From positions 8,994 to 72,993 of IMG/VR virus record IMGVR_UViG_3300037458_001303: 64,000 bases of DNA; one strand, 5' to 3'. Below the pieces are notes generated by a model. It saw nothing but the letters and a program-made list of their open reading frames with translations, did not search any database and had not been told where the DNA came from. Numbering within the stretch: position 1 is the stretch's first letter; each line of letters begins with the position of its first letter. This DNA comes from a virus. Its lineage: Duplodnaviria; Caudoviricetes. Below, in pieces: positions 1-9,812 of this stretch. Made by a program: the position numbers and the translations under genes.

Positions 1-631
1 GATCGAACACCTCGCGCGGGCAGGTCTTCATCTGCCAGTAGGACAGGATCTCCTTGATCGGGCTCCAGCCTCGGCGCTTGAGCCTCGGTGCGATGTAATA
101 GTCCCAGCCGGAATTCGGGGCCGCCCCGCCGATCTTACGGATCATCTCCAGGTCGTTTAAGTCAGCGGATAGCAGCATGTTACCATTGATGTGCTCCGCC
201 GGGGCCGTCTGCAGCGACCCCGCGCAGATTGACCCGGCCGGCTGTCTAGCGTCCCAGGCTTTGTGCAACCGCTCGATCCAATCGGGCTGCATGGGAACAC
301 AATCCGACTCAAAAGTCAGGATGGCTTTGTAAGCCGGCCACTTTTTCAAGAGGATATTCTGCCGGCAGAATTCCACAGTATCGAACCACAGCTCGTTGCA
401 GCCATGCGGCCATCCGGTTCCGGTCCGCTTAGCGACGAAGGGCACCGTGTTGAAGGACCGTGCAACATAGGCTATGGTCTCGGCATCATGTTTTACGTCG
501 AACCGTCCGGCTAACATAAGATCGGCATGGTCCGAGTGTCGAGGTTCGAGATCCGCCAGGAGCCTAGCGAGACGCATGGCGTCCTTTTGGTCCCCGGGAT
601 AGAACTGCAGAGCGAGCAGGATCTTAGACAT
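1..631 (-). CDS. Glycosyltransferase-like protein (GT-A-like), truncated by the window edge
   Basis: Manually translated from ATG at 631 (overlaps the stop of the 624-1751 gene): MSKILLALQFYPGD...TGWPHGCNELWF...ILTFESDCVP...HINGNML; open to base 1; ESD is a DxD-like motif. Confidence 0.6.
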   Translation of the reverse strand, partial: MSKILLALQFYPGDQKDAMRLARLLADLEPRHSDHADLMLAGRFDVKHDAETIAYVARSFNTVPFVAKRTGTGWPHGCNELWFDTVEFCRQNILLKKWPAYKAILTFESDCVPMQPDWIERLHKAWDARQPAGSICAGSLQTAPAEHINGNMLLSADLNDLEMIRKIGGAAPNSGWDYYIAPRLKRRGWSPIKEILSYWQMKTCPREVFD

Positions 632-1751
632 GGACGAAGCCTCCCACAGGGAACGTATTATGGGGCCCAAAGATCTGGGAGCCCACGTGACCGCACACGA
701 GTCCCAGATCAACGTGCGGTTGGATACCGGCGGCAGAAGCCCGCGTGCTGAAGATCACGTCCTCACCGGTGCCAACTCGGGAGTTGGTGTTAGAAAGGAT
801 CCGCCCTTCCTCCAACAAGGTAGCCGCGCGCAAGCATCGCTGCTCCGCGGGAATGGTCTTGTCAGTCAGAAGTGCCTGCATCTTCTCCATCTTGTCGATC
901 AAGTCGTGCTCCGACGGAGAGAAGTAGCCGCCTTTCAGGTGGGGAAACTTCTTGTCGATGGCCTCGAAGACGGACCGATGGACCAGCAGACACCCTGTGG
1001 CGATCCACTTGGTGGGCTTGCAGACGTTCTGCGGGCCTCGCCGGGCCATCTGGGCCTCGGTCGGGTTGTTGACGCCTTCAGCATACATTGGGCGCCCATT
1101 GACAGCCCGTCCGAAGTAAAGACCGCCAACCAGAGGCTTCTGGTGGCTCATTAGCCGGTTGAGTGTGTGCAGACCGGCAAACTCCGCGGGGAGCGAAAAT
1201 CCGGTAATGCCGTTGAACCACTCGGCCTTCCCCATCGGAAGAACCATGTCGTCGTCGACCCAGAGGCTCCACTCGGCCTTCGTCGCGAGAAAAGTCCGAG
1301 CGATCTTGTTCCGAGTGTGCGAAATGAAGGCATCGCCGCATTGCATGATGATGCCCATCTTTTCCCGCTCGTAAAGCGCCATCACCGAAAACGCGGTGAA
1401 CGGGCTGCAGCTCTTGTAGAACGGGAGGCAGATCATCACGTTCTTGCCTTCCCAGTCCGCGCACAGCGGGGGTGCTCCGTCCTCGGGAGACTCGGCCTGT
1501 TGCTCCAAATCCTCGATGTAGAGCTTTTCAGCGGCCCAGCTGGGGAGCGCCTCTTCGCGATGGTCCCACCGATTGATCTCCTCGGTGGAAACATCAAGCA
1601 AAGCGGCTACGCCGGCGACTCCCATCTCGGAGATCTTGCGGCGGAGGATTCCGAGAAAGATAGGAATCTCCCGAGCCCGACGCTTTCGGATGACTGCTTT
1701 CTTCTCGGACTTGTAGAGGGGCCTCTCCGGGTTAATCGGATCGTCCATCAT
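624..1751 (-). CDS. HTH-glycosyltransferase (GT2/GT-A-like) fusion
   Basis: N-terminal XRE-like HTH (GVAGVAALLDVSTEEINRWD); C-terminal GT-A motifs (VMICLP, RNKIARTFL, WSLWVDDDM, IATGCLLVHRSVF, GEDVIF, HVDLGLVCGHVG). Confidence 0.75.
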   Translation of the reverse strand: MMDDPINPERPLYKSEKKAVIRKRRAREIPIFLGILRRKISEMGVAGVAALLDVSTEEINRWDHREEALPSWAAEKLYIEDLEQQAESPEDGAPPLCADWEGKNVMICLPFYKSCSPFTAFSVMALYEREKMGIIMQCGDAFISHTRNKIARTFLATKAEWSLWVDDDMVLPMGKAEWFNGITGFSLPAEFAGLHTLNRLMSHQKPLVGGLYFGRAVNGRPMYAEGVNNPTEAQMARRGPQNVCKPTKWIATGCLLVHRSVFEAIDKKFPHLKGGYFSPSEHDLIDKMEKMQALLTDKTIPAEQRCLRAATLLEEGRILSNTNSRVGTGEDVIFSTRASAAGIQPHVDLGLVCGHVGSQIFGPHNTFPVGGFVHV

Positions 1752-3151
1752 GACCTCCCTGCGGCTATGACCTCTTCCCGCAGGCGATCGAGAGCGACTT
1801 CAGTCCGCTCGCCGGGCCGATACGAAGACGTCGCGTTGAGACGAGACCGGGAGCCGCTCGAAGATGGCTCGTCGGGCCGTTTGCTCTTTGAGGCGGCCTT
1901 GATCTTGGCTAGCTCAGACGCCACGGTTTCCTTTTCCTTGGCGGCAGCCTCAAGTTGCTTCGTCAGATACTCGACCTGGGCCGATAGGTAGAACGCCATG
2001 GCGTTACCATAAGCCAAAGTCGCATGCATTTCAGGCGAGGTGTCGTCCAGCGCCACCTTGATCTTGCTCTTCAGGTCGTTCTGGAACTTGACAACGGCCT
2101 CGTGCTCCTTCTTTTGCTCCGGAGATGCGTCCTTGGGCAGATCAGGGGCCTTGAGCCAGCCTGCCGACGATTCGAGCTCCGAGGCGGTCTTGATCCGGGT
2201 GGCCTTGGCCGCCTCGACCTGCGCCTGGGTTTTCCGCGAACGCTCCTGGAAGAACTTGTCAGCGTTGGCGCGGGCTTCTTCGAGCGCTTCCTTCTTTTCG
2301 ATTCCGGCATTCTCCACGTCGAGCAACCGGGATTCCACAAATCGCTTCTGCTGGGGCGTCATGTGCTGGTAGATCGGGTCCCAGTTCACGTTGGTCAGGC
2401 CAGCCTTGCGGATGATCTCGACGTTTTCCTTGGTCATGCCCCATTCGGCGAGCTTGGCCAGCACGGCCTCGGTGTTCCGCTGGACTCGCTTATCGAACAC
2501 CTGGAATTCCTCGGCCGATTCGATGTCCGAGTTTCGCTTGAATTCGCGGAGCTCCTTCAGCTCCGTCTCCAGAGACTTGATCTTCTCAGCGAACTCTTCG
2601 GGGCTCTTCCCTTCGAGCTTGCTCTTCAGCGTCTCGACTTCCTTCAGCGCTTCGGCAGCCTTAGACTCGGCCTGCTGAATTCGCTCGCGAGCCAGACGCT
2701 TGACGGTTTCAAAGGACTCCTTTGCTTTGACGCTTGCTGACTCAGGAAAGACGACCTTCTCAACATCTGTTGGCGTTCCTTCCGTTCCTGGTTCAGCAGG
2801 TCGACTTTCTCCAGGGTCCCCGGATCGGACGCTTCCATCCTTGCCAGGGTCCGCTCCAGTCTTGTCACTCGGCGCTTCAGTCGGGCCAGCTCCTGGGTCA
2901 CCTTGGCCGCTCTTTGAACTGCCTTCCCCGCTTCGGGTATTCGAGGTGGTTGCATCGTTGGCTTTCTTACGAAGTTCGTCGAGGGCATCAGAGGTTCTTT
3001 TGATGGGTCCTACTGTCGATAGGCTTGACGGGGCTGGCTCCGAAGGCTTTGCCGGTGGCGGCGAAGCCGATTGGCTTTTCGGTGGAGTGCTCGATGGGCT
3101 TTGTCCGCCGGGAATAGCGGACCCGATGTCGATGTCAATGTTGTCCGGCAT
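1748..3151 (-). CDS. Putative capsid scaffolding protein
   Basis: Disordered Pro/Ser/Gly-rich N-terminus, long coiled coil, lies downstream of the portal. Confidence 0.5.
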   Translation of the reverse strand: MPDNIDIDIGSAIPGGQSPSSTPPKSQSASPPPAKPSEPAPSSLSTVGPIKRTSDALDELRKKANDATTSNTRSGEGSSKSGQGDPGAGPTEAPSDKTGADPGKDGSVRSGDPGESRPAEPGTEGTPTDVEKVVFPESASVKAKESFETVKRLARERIQQAESKAAEALKEVETLKSKLEGKSPEEFAEKIKSLETELKELREFKRNSDIESAEEFQVFDKRVQRNTEAVLAKLAEWGMTKENVEIIRKAGLTNVNWDPIYQHMTPQQKRFVESRLLDVENAGIEKKEALEEARANADKFFQERSRKTQAQVEAAKATRIKTASELESSAGWLKAPDLPKDASPEQKKEHEAVVKFQNDLKSKIKVALDDTSPEMHATLAYGNAMAFYLSAQVEYLTKQLEAAAKEKETVASELAKIKAASKSKRPDEPSSSGSRSRLNATSSYRPGERTEVALDRLREEVIAAGRS

Positions 3152-3549
3152 TAGCTACCTTCCGTTTTCTGAGTTTGGGCCTCCAGTGGAGCGGAGGCTT
3201 CGTTTGGCACCAAAACCTGGGACCGGGCGATGGTCTGAAGCTCTTCAGGCCACCCCGAGTCGTCGTCGATGTTGGGGTAAGCAAGAGACTTCTCTTCGAC
3301 CTTCGACTCGGTGACGAGACAGTCGAAAATGCTCGCGATGCACTGCTCGTAGCCTTCGATTTGCTTGGCGGCCAAAGCTACGGCATTCGGGTCCCCACGC
3401 TCCGGGGCAACCACTGGAAGCATCGGACGGTTCAGGCGGAGCCGAAGAATGAATCGCTTGCCAGTGCGATGCTTCAGGAAGTCGCGGAGACGGTCGGCGT
3501 CAGTGGAATCCCAAAGGGCGCCATGGAATGGGTCAGCGTAGTCGCTCAT
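3151..3549 (-). CDS. Hypothetical head-module protein (Bbp19-like position)
   Basis: 132-aa ORF tightly packed between portal and scaffold; W..D...L..FL...G motif. Confidence 0.5.
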   Translation of the reverse strand: MSDYADPFHGALWDSTDADRLRDFLKHRTGKRFILRLRLNRPMLPVVAPERGDPNAVALAAKQIEGYEQCIASIFDCLVTESKVEEKSLAYPNIDDDSGWPEELQTIARSQVLVPNEASAPLEAQTQKTEGS

Positions 3550-3907
3550 GTTGTTTTTCGTAGTCAGGGTAAAGAGCCACCGTATTGGCTCGCCATTTCA
3601 CTCGTAAAGCGTGCTTCCGTTTAGCCGGCTTGTCATCTAACTTCGTATAGTAGGGTTCAATGGCAACTCCAGAAGACCCGAAACGCAGAACCCCGTGAAA
3701 ACCAGCCGGCAGCTCATCGTGGAACCAAAAACGACCGTAGACAGCCGAGACCTCGAAAAACGGCAGGTGGATGGCCGCTCCGAACCACTTAGTAAGGGAT
3801 AGTGGGGCGTCGTGCCCGAAGAGCGAGAACACGGCCCTGAGAGGACCGACTTCGAGTGCAAGAGAAACGGTGCAGTATCGTAAGAGGAAGAGATGGATCT
3901 TGCTCAT
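3533..3907 (-). CDS. Hypothetical protein
   Basis: ATG overlaps the portal stop; fills the gap in the operon. Confidence 0.4.
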   Translation of the reverse strand: MSKIHLFLLRYCTVSLALEVGPLRAVFSLFGHDAPLSLTKWFGAAIHLPFFEVSAVYGRFWFHDELPAGFHGVLRFGSSGVAIEPYYTKLDDKPAKRKHALRVKWRANTVALYPDYEKQHERLR

Positions 3908-6027
3908 GCAACAGCACCGGGTTGCGGTGCCTGCGCCCCGAGAACTCCGGCGGCGGCCTGTTCAGCCATGGCAACCGCTTGTTCAGGAGGAACGCCCTGC
4001 GCGACGGCGGCCTGGACGTTTTCCTCGAAGGCTAGCACCTGTTTGACTCTCTGCTCTATGATCGCGATCTTGTTCTGGATCGCGGCGAAGGCCGACTGAT
4101 CCTCACCGGTCGCCGCACCCATCTGCACGTGTTCCCGCGCGTGCCCAAGGATACGGGACAAAACATCGGCCACCCCGGGGTCGGAAGGGAGGCTATCCAC
4201 CATGGACTGCATGATCGGGTCAAGCACCTGGAGGTGGATCAGGTGGTTGTCTCGCGGCGATACCGGGACCTCCTGGCTCGTCGCCAAGATCATGTTCTCC
4301 ATCGTCTGCAGACGGGACTGTTCAGCGGTCTGCGTCGGGTCATTAACCGGAAGAAGCAGCGACTCGGCGAGATCGTCCGAGAAGATCGCGGAGATCTTGC
4401 GGCGTAGCAATTCACGTTGGTCAAGAAGCGGGTTGCCGGCCTGCTCGGTGGCGAAGATCGACATGTTCTGGCGCTCCAGGTCGGTGAGGTCGCGGACCAC
4501 GGTCGCCGATGGCTGACTAGCCAGCTCCTGGAGCTCTTCCTCGGTCATGATCGAGAGTAGCCGCTCGCGCATAGCTTTCGCGTCGTCGTCATCAACCTCA
4601 GGGCTGCAGGCACGTTTCTGAATGGTCGACATCATGTTCGAGAACTGCAGGAGGAACCGGGCCAAGATGTTGTCCTTGGACTCCTCTTCCCGCTGCGCGA
4701 ACAGATTAACCTGATCATTTGTGACCCGCTCGCCCTTCAACTGTTTCGGGGACACGTTGCCGGAGAGCTCGTCAAGCAACGACCTCATGAACCCATCCAA
4801 AGCGAGAAACTCGTCGACGTAAGGCTTGAAAACCTGCTGGGTCTGGACGACGAAGGGCTGCCCGATCAAAACAGCATTGCCCCAGACCGACATCTTGAAC
4901 CGACGCAGTTGCTTCTCGTCGCCCTGAACCAGAACTTTGCCAGCGAGCTGCAGCCGATCGACTACCTCGTTGCGGGCTCGGTCCAAAATGCCGGCCATGG
5001 CGTAAACGATACGACCGATACCCTTTGACGAATGCATAGTCCCCGTCCCCTGCTGGAACGAGAAAAAGCAGGCAGCATCCGACATCGAGTCGAACCGGTC
5101 GTATCGCTTGAACAACACCTTCATGTCCGGGTAGCGAACCTTCCAATGAGACACTTTGCCGGTCACCTCATAGACCAGAAGGTTGTAGACGATAATCTCC
5201 TTGGCGCCGGAGTTGATCGAGTTCGCGAGATTGCTCTCGCGCGCGAGGTCAACGAATAGACGGGAGAATTCACCGCCATCGATCTTGATGGAGGTGGGCA
5301 TCGCGTTGTTGATCGCCTCGGTGGTCTCCTTGATCTGCCAGCCGGCATCCTCGGCCGCGGAAACGTCACGGATCTTGGCGAACAGCTCGTGGGGCTGGTA
5401 ATGCTCAACGAACGCTACGACCTGTGCGAGGTTCGCGTGTTGCTTGGTCCCCATCGGGATCAGGAACTTGTCACCCCGGTAGTGAGACGGAAACCACGTA
5501 TACTCGTCGAGCCAGCCCACCGAGGTGTAGCCGAAAAGAGTGTTCTCCTGACTGATCTCGCCGATCAGGTCGTTCCAGCCGGCGCGGTTTCGACAGAGGG
5601 CAGTAATCTCGCGCCGGAAGGCCTCCGTCTTTCGAGATGAACCGGGGATCGTGTCGGGGAGCTTCGAGGAAGTCAGATACTTGGCTGCAGCAACCGAGTT
5701 TTGGAACCGAGGTGCTACCTTGTCGACCAGCACGGACATCGGCTGGGATGAAAAGTTGGACTTCCACCCGAGCCCTTCGGCCTTGAGATTCTCCTGAGCA
5801 CCAAACGGGCGCTCGGAGTCATACTTGCTTTGGATCCGGGCATTCTTGAGGTTGCGGTCGCGGTTGTCGTTTTCCAGCCGTCGGATGATGTTGGCGCACT
5901 GCTCGGGATTGGCGACCGCTCTCTGCGGAGGCTCCCCGCCAGGGAGCTTGCCGGTAGACGGGATATTCGGCGGGTTGATATCGATCGAACCAGTGCCTTG
6001 AGCGTGGGTGGAAGCGGGGTAGGGCAT
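3904..6027 (-). CDS. Portal protein
   Basis: 707 aa, downstream of TerL; podoviral portal-like features (KGIGRIVY...RARNEVVD; C-terminal PVSPRDNHLIH). Confidence 0.8.
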   Translation of the reverse strand: MPYPASTHAQGTGSIDINPPNIPSTGKLPGGEPPQRAVANPEQCANIIRRLENDNRDRNLKNARIQSKYDSERPFGAQENLKAEGLGWKSNFSSQPMSVLVDKVAPRFQNSVAAAKYLTSSKLPDTIPGSSRKTEAFRREITALCRNRAGWNDLIGEISQENTLFGYTSVGWLDEYTWFPSHYRGDKFLIPMGTKQHANLAQVVAFVEHYQPHELFAKIRDVSAAEDAGWQIKETTEAINNAMPTSIKIDGGEFSRLFVDLARESNLANSINSGAKEIIVYNLLVYEVTGKVSHWKVRYPDMKVLFKRYDRFDSMSDAACFFSFQQGTGTMHSSKGIGRIVYAMAGILDRARNEVVDRLQLAGKVLVQGDEKQLRRFKMSVWGNAVLIGQPFVVQTQQVFKPYVDEFLALDGFMRSLLDELSGNVSPKQLKGERVTNDQVNLFAQREEESKDNILARFLLQFSNMMSTIQKRACSPEVDDDDAKAMRERLLSIMTEEELQELASQPSATVVRDLTDLERQNMSIFATEQAGNPLLDQRELLRRKISAIFSDDLAESLLLPVNDPTQTAEQSRLQTMENMILATSQEVPVSPRDNHLIHLQVLDPIMQSMVDSLPSDPGVADVLSRILGHAREHVQMGAATGEDQSAFAAIQNKIAIIEQRVKQVLAFEENVQAAVAQGVPPEQAVAMAEQAAAGVLGAQAPQPGAVA

Positions 6028-6028
6028 A

Positions 6029-6322
6029 TTACCATTTCTTGAGAGGGCAACTCTCGGTTTTCAGAACTGTCTTCAGCCTGATGAAGCACGAGCATTCCTG
6101 GCACTGGTCAAAGCTCTTGTCGTAACGGTCGCATTCCCAGCAGTGGGCTTCTCTTTTCCACTGCAGCACGCGGCTGGCGACGACCTCGTCGCCGCGGAAC
6201 CACGCCTTAGCAACGCGCCAGATCGCTTGAGCAAAGCTAAAAACGTTGGGGACACGCATTACCTCGTAAGCCTCCAGCAGTTCTGCGGCTGGCCAACAGA
6301 TTTCGGCGGCTGCTCCAGCCAT
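6029..6322 (-). CDS. Small Cys-rich protein (DUF6171-like)
   Basis: CWEC...CQECSCFIRLKTVLKTESCPLKKW pattern. Confidence 0.6.
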   Translation of the reverse strand: MAGAAAEICWPAAELLEAYEVMRVPNVFSFAQAIWRVAKAWFRGDEVVASRVLQWKREAHCWECDRYDKSFDQCQECSCFIRLKTVLKTESCPLKKW

Positions 6323-6843
6323 ACCGAGAGGCTAGTCTCCTCGGCCAGGGCCCCACAAGCCCGGAGCGCTCGCACCTCTTGCGGCGAGTCAACTCGGTTG
6401 GTCTTGAGGAAATGATCTTTCAAAGCGTTCACGTTCTTGACGCTGCACCCACAGGATCCCGTCCAGTCTCTCTGCTGAGGGCAACCCGCACAGATGGCTG
6501 CGCGAGCCCTGGCGGTGCTGGCCGAAACAGTGCGTGTCGAAGCTCGACCGACCAAGTTTGCAACCCAAGCGACCACGCGACCTCCAAACCCTTTATCAGA
6601 TTTTTGGTGCTCGACGAAGACTTTTCGGCTGGATGCTTCATAGCAGTAGGTCGGGTGCTTCTGACAAAAGTTCGAGTATATCTCGGCGATCGGCTCCCCA
6701 ACAGGGGAACCTCGGGCCCGCCGGTGGTTCTCGATCTTCCGAGCAACGTCCGACCAAGAGTCCCCGGTAAACTCCAGCCCCGATTCCACGTCGAAATGAC
6801 GGTAACCGTTTGGCGGGAAAAGACCTTGGTTAGGTCGCTGCAT
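6259..6843 (-). CDS. Cys-rich hypothetical protein
   Basis: RAAICAGC, CGC, C-terminal CW; directly after a promoter-like motif. Confidence 0.6.
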   Translation of the reverse strand: MQRPNQGLFPPNGYRHFDVESGLEFTGDSWSDVARKIENHRRARGSPVGEPIAEIYSNFCQKHPTYCYEASSRKVFVEHQKSDKGFGGRVVAWVANLVGRASTRTVSASTARARAAICAGCPQQRDWTGSCGCSVKNVNALKDHFLKTNRVDSPQEVRALRACGALAEETSLSVWLEQPPKSVGQPQNCWRLTR

Positions 6844-6850
6844 TCAATGA

Positions 6851-6879
6851 TATATCGGGTCCAGCCGCGGGGCTGTCAA
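6851..6879 (-). promoter_or_regulatory. Sigma70-like promoter TTGACA-N17-GATATA
   Basis: Read from sequence; 7 nt upstream of the ATG at 6843. Confidence 0.6.
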
Positions 6880-6958
6880 CTAGGGCCTGTGTGAAAACGT
6901 CGCCACTTGCCCAGGATTGCATACGTTTTGTCACAAAAACTGGGTAGTTTTTCTGACA

Positions 6959-8851
6959 TTACAGGTCATCGAAAAGGTTCGTAACGTCGCACGGCAGAGG
7001 GATTTCCGCTTCCTGGTAGTCGTCGGATGCCCCGCCCGAGAGCACTAACCCACTCGGGACGATTTTTGACTCCATTCTGACTCCGTGGAGCACCAAACCG
7101 TAAGCATCCGCTTCGTTTGGGGAGATGTCCTCGGTCTGACGCTTCACCCAGTCCCGCTTGGACTCCACTCGGCTCTTCGACCGCGGGTCGAATCGGCGGT
7201 CCAGCAACTGCCGGCGCAGAACGTCACGGTAGTCACACTGGGGATGGACCTTCATCAGCCCAAACTCGGTCCACTTACCGACGGCGAACCAAACCTCAGA
7301 GTAGACCCGGTCGTAGAGATCCTTGGCCACCGACTCCGATTCTTCGAGCACCTTCAGATCCGAAGCCGACTCAGAATAGTTGATGGCGCGCACCTCTGGC
7401 GACCATAGCGTCTTGAGCACATCGTGGACACCGGCGCCGTTCCCAGTCCGGTCTAGCATAAGCCACGGCGGCATGATGCCCTCGATCTTGCACATGTCGA
7501 TGATCTGGCGCGCCATCTTCATCGTGTCGCCCTTCGCGAGCCGTCGAATGTGCATGACCCCCAGGGCGACCCGTCGGATCGGCTTGCCACGTTCGTCAAC
7601 GAACATCACCGTGCGGCCTTCCGGATGCTCCGGAGACGCCGGGTATTTCACGCCAAGCGCCGAGCCGAAATCAGCGATAGCGGCGACAGCCGGATCACCG
7701 CCTTCGAGCGCCAGATCAACGCCGGCAACCCGACGCGGCTTGTCGGCCCAAACAAACTCGCCTTCCCACTCGTGCAGCGTCGTCGGCGGGATCACCGCAT
7801 ACGACATGCTCTCCTCGGGGAACATCGCGCGCCCAAACGTCAGATAGCCCGCAGAGTCGACACCGCCCGTCGACTTGGCCAGGATCTCCAGGCCGCGCTT
7901 AGTCTGGAGCCCCGAATAGATCACCTTCCCTTCGATGACGTTCTCGGACTTCTCGGCGTCCAGCCGAACGACGCGCCATCCGCGCCGGCTGGACCAGATC
8001 TCGTCCTTGTCCAGGTCAACGTTCTTCCAGCCCTTCTCGGGCTCAGCACGCGCCGCCACGGGGCCGCTGATCTCCTTGGGGTTGAAGGCGCCGACGATCT
8101 TCAGCCCCTCCACGCCGTCCTCCTCGGCGTCGATGTTGGACGTCAGGTTGTCCAGATCACTCCAGACCGACCCGGGGATGTTCTCGATTTCGTCGAGCAT
8201 CGTCCTCAGGCGGGATTGCTCGCCGAACACCGGGTGTGGCCGCGACCGCTGGAAGCGTTTACTTCCCTGCAATTTTCCTGCGGCTTTCGGCCCGCGCGGC
8301 ATGACCACGCCCGACAGCCCCCCACGGGTATCCCGGCGGGACAACCCAATGAACAGGTCACCGACCACCCCGGGCACCGGAAGCGACGCTTCCATGTGGA
8401 GCCGCGTCAGGTGCGAAAACAGATTGCGTTTGAGGTGGTCCTCAGTTGGCCCGATCACGGTGCAGGTCGTAAACTCGGGATCGCGCAGCCAGTCCAAGAA
8501 GAAATACACGCCGCTCGAATAGCTCTTGGACATCGAGCTGGCGCCCATCAGCAGCACGGTCGAATAGCCGTCCAGGGCGTCCCAGATCATCTGAGTCGAC
8601 CGCGGCAGGGGCGTGAACATCGTGGGCGTCCACAGCAGCAACGCGGCGTCCGCATAGTGGTCCCTCTGCAGGCACCAGTCCACCAACGACCAGCACAACC
8701 GCTGGGCCGACTTGGGCCCGTCCGGCTTGCGGCACTTCGAGAATTCATGAAGCACGAGCGCGGCCTTCATCAGCTCGCCCTCGTGCAGAAACCGCGACAC
8801 TGCGTCTATCAGCGTGCGGCGAGGTCCCTCAACCAGTGCTACACGACGCAT
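6959..8851 (-). CDS. terL: Terminase large subunit
   Basis: Walker A-like GASSMSKS, Walker B MLDE, coupling motif GAFNP, nuclease VAGVDLALEGGD / LDRTGNGAGV / PNEADAY; likely start 8851 (ORF extends to 8932). Confidence 0.85.
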   Translation of the reverse strand: MRRVALVEGPRRTLIDAVSRFLHEGELMKAALVLHEFSKCRKPDGPKSAQRLCWSLVDWCLQRDHYADAALLLWTPTMFTPLPRSTQMIWDALDGYSTVLLMGASSMSKSYSSGVYFFLDWLRDPEFTTCTVIGPTEDHLKRNLFSHLTRLHMEASLPVPGVVGDLFIGLSRRDTRGGLSGVVMPRGPKAAGKLQGSKRFQRSRPHPVFGEQSRLRTMLDEIENIPGSVWSDLDNLTSNIDAEEDGVEGLKIVGAFNPKEISGPVAARAEPEKGWKNVDLDKDEIWSSRRGWRVVRLDAEKSENVIEGKVIYSGLQTKRGLEILAKSTGGVDSAGYLTFGRAMFPEESMSYAVIPPTTLHEWEGEFVWADKPRRVAGVDLALEGGDPAVAAIADFGSALGVKYPASPEHPEGRTVMFVDERGKPIRRVALGVMHIRRLAKGDTMKMARQIIDMCKIEGIMPPWLMLDRTGNGAGVHDVLKTLWSPEVRAINYSESASDLKVLEESESVAKDLYDRVYSEVWFAVGKWTEFGLMKVHPQCDYRDVLRRQLLDRRFDPRSKSRVESKRDWVKRQTEDISPNEADAYGLVLHGVRMESKIVPSGLVLSGGASDDYQEAEIPLPCDVTNLFDDL

Positions 8852-9498
8852 TTCTTGATCGTATCCAGCTTGTGCTGCCCGGTGCCCCGGCACGCCGCCG
8901 CAGCGAAGTGCCATGCCTTCGCGTTCTGCCACTCGGGGTTGTTCTTATCTCCATAGAGGTAGCACCAGTGCGGCCCGTGCTTGACCTTATTTCCGTCCTT
9001 GAGGTCCTGCAGAAAGAACATCATGTCCGAGACCTGGGTCAGATCGGCCGGCGGCTGGTAAGCCATCATCCAGTTGACGATCTTGCGCCCGCCTTCCGGA
9101 GTCAGGTAAACCAAGCACGGCACCCCGTGCCGGTCGAGCAGGTGCACCGGGTCAGAGAGCGCCTTGGTATCCGCCGGCTTCAGGTCCCGCGGCATCACGT
9201 CCGAGTCGGCCACAACGATCGGCTGCCCCAGCCGGTCCGCCAGCTTCGACGCGGCGAGCCATCGCACCCAGCACCCGGTCTCGTAGTTGCGCCCGTTGCT
9301 GGTCCTGTATGTCGACACGCGCGACACGAGCGGGTGGTAAAACGGATGACACGTCGCATGCGGTTTACTCACCACCTCCGCATTCCATCCCATCATCGTC
9401 CATTTGGCCTTCCAGATCTTGATAATCTCCTGGAAGGCGGGTTCCGCGCCGGCCATCTCGGGCGTCGGCTGGTGCCAGCAAACTATTCTGTTCGTCAT
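8839..9498 (-). CDS. Glycosyltransferase-like (nucleotide-diphospho-sugar transferase fold)
   Basis: CWVRWLA...IVVADSDVMP (DSD motif), SDMMFF, AWHF; likely start MTNRIV at 9498. Confidence 0.6.
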   Translation of the reverse strand: MTNRIVCWHQPTPEMAGAEPAFQEIIKIWKAKWTMMGWNAEVVSKPHATCHPFYHPLVSRVSTYRTSNGRNYETGCWVRWLAASKLADRLGQPIVVADSDVMPRDLKPADTKALSDPVHLLDRHGVPCLVYLTPEGGRKIVNWMMAYQPPADLTQVSDMMFFLQDLKDGNKVKHGPHWCYLYGDKNNPEWQNAKAWHFAAAACRGTGQHKLDTIKKCVV

Positions 9499-9637
9499 AT
9501 CGGCCGTCCAATGGCGTCGACGCACGGAGATGCCAGATAGCGCTGCCGAGCAGCCCAGCAACATGCCGGGTCGCCGGATTAGCCTCCAGCTCGATCTGAG
9601 CTTCGCGCAGCCGCCGCTCTATCCACCCCGTGTTCAT
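9365..9637 (-). CDS. Hypothetical protein (MNTGWIERR...)
   Basis: TAGTAT -10-like box 7 nt upstream of the ATG; overlaps the downstream GT gene by 134 nt, so uncertain. Confidence 0.3.
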   Translation of the reverse strand: MNTGWIERRLREAQIELEANPATRHVAGLLGSAIWHLRASTPLDGRYDEQNSLLAPADARDGRRGTRLPGDYQDLEGQMDDDGMECGGGE

Positions 9638-9812
9638 ACGCACGATACTACAAAATTTTTGAGGAAACATGCGGGCCGACGACCGAAGTCGAGCGACCGT
9701 CGACCCGCACACACGAGACCTGAAGACCTCACGCTATCATTGCCGGACCTGCTGGCGCAGTTGGCTCAAAACGCGATAGCCCACCCAACATCCCACCCTG
9801 AGGCGGCCTCGA

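Noticed and set aside
7550-8956. Long antisense ORFs (also 33856-35004, 34859-35965, 48836-50143, 57451-58953)
   Set aside because: Shadows of well-supported genes on the other strand, common in GC-rich DNA, with no motifs
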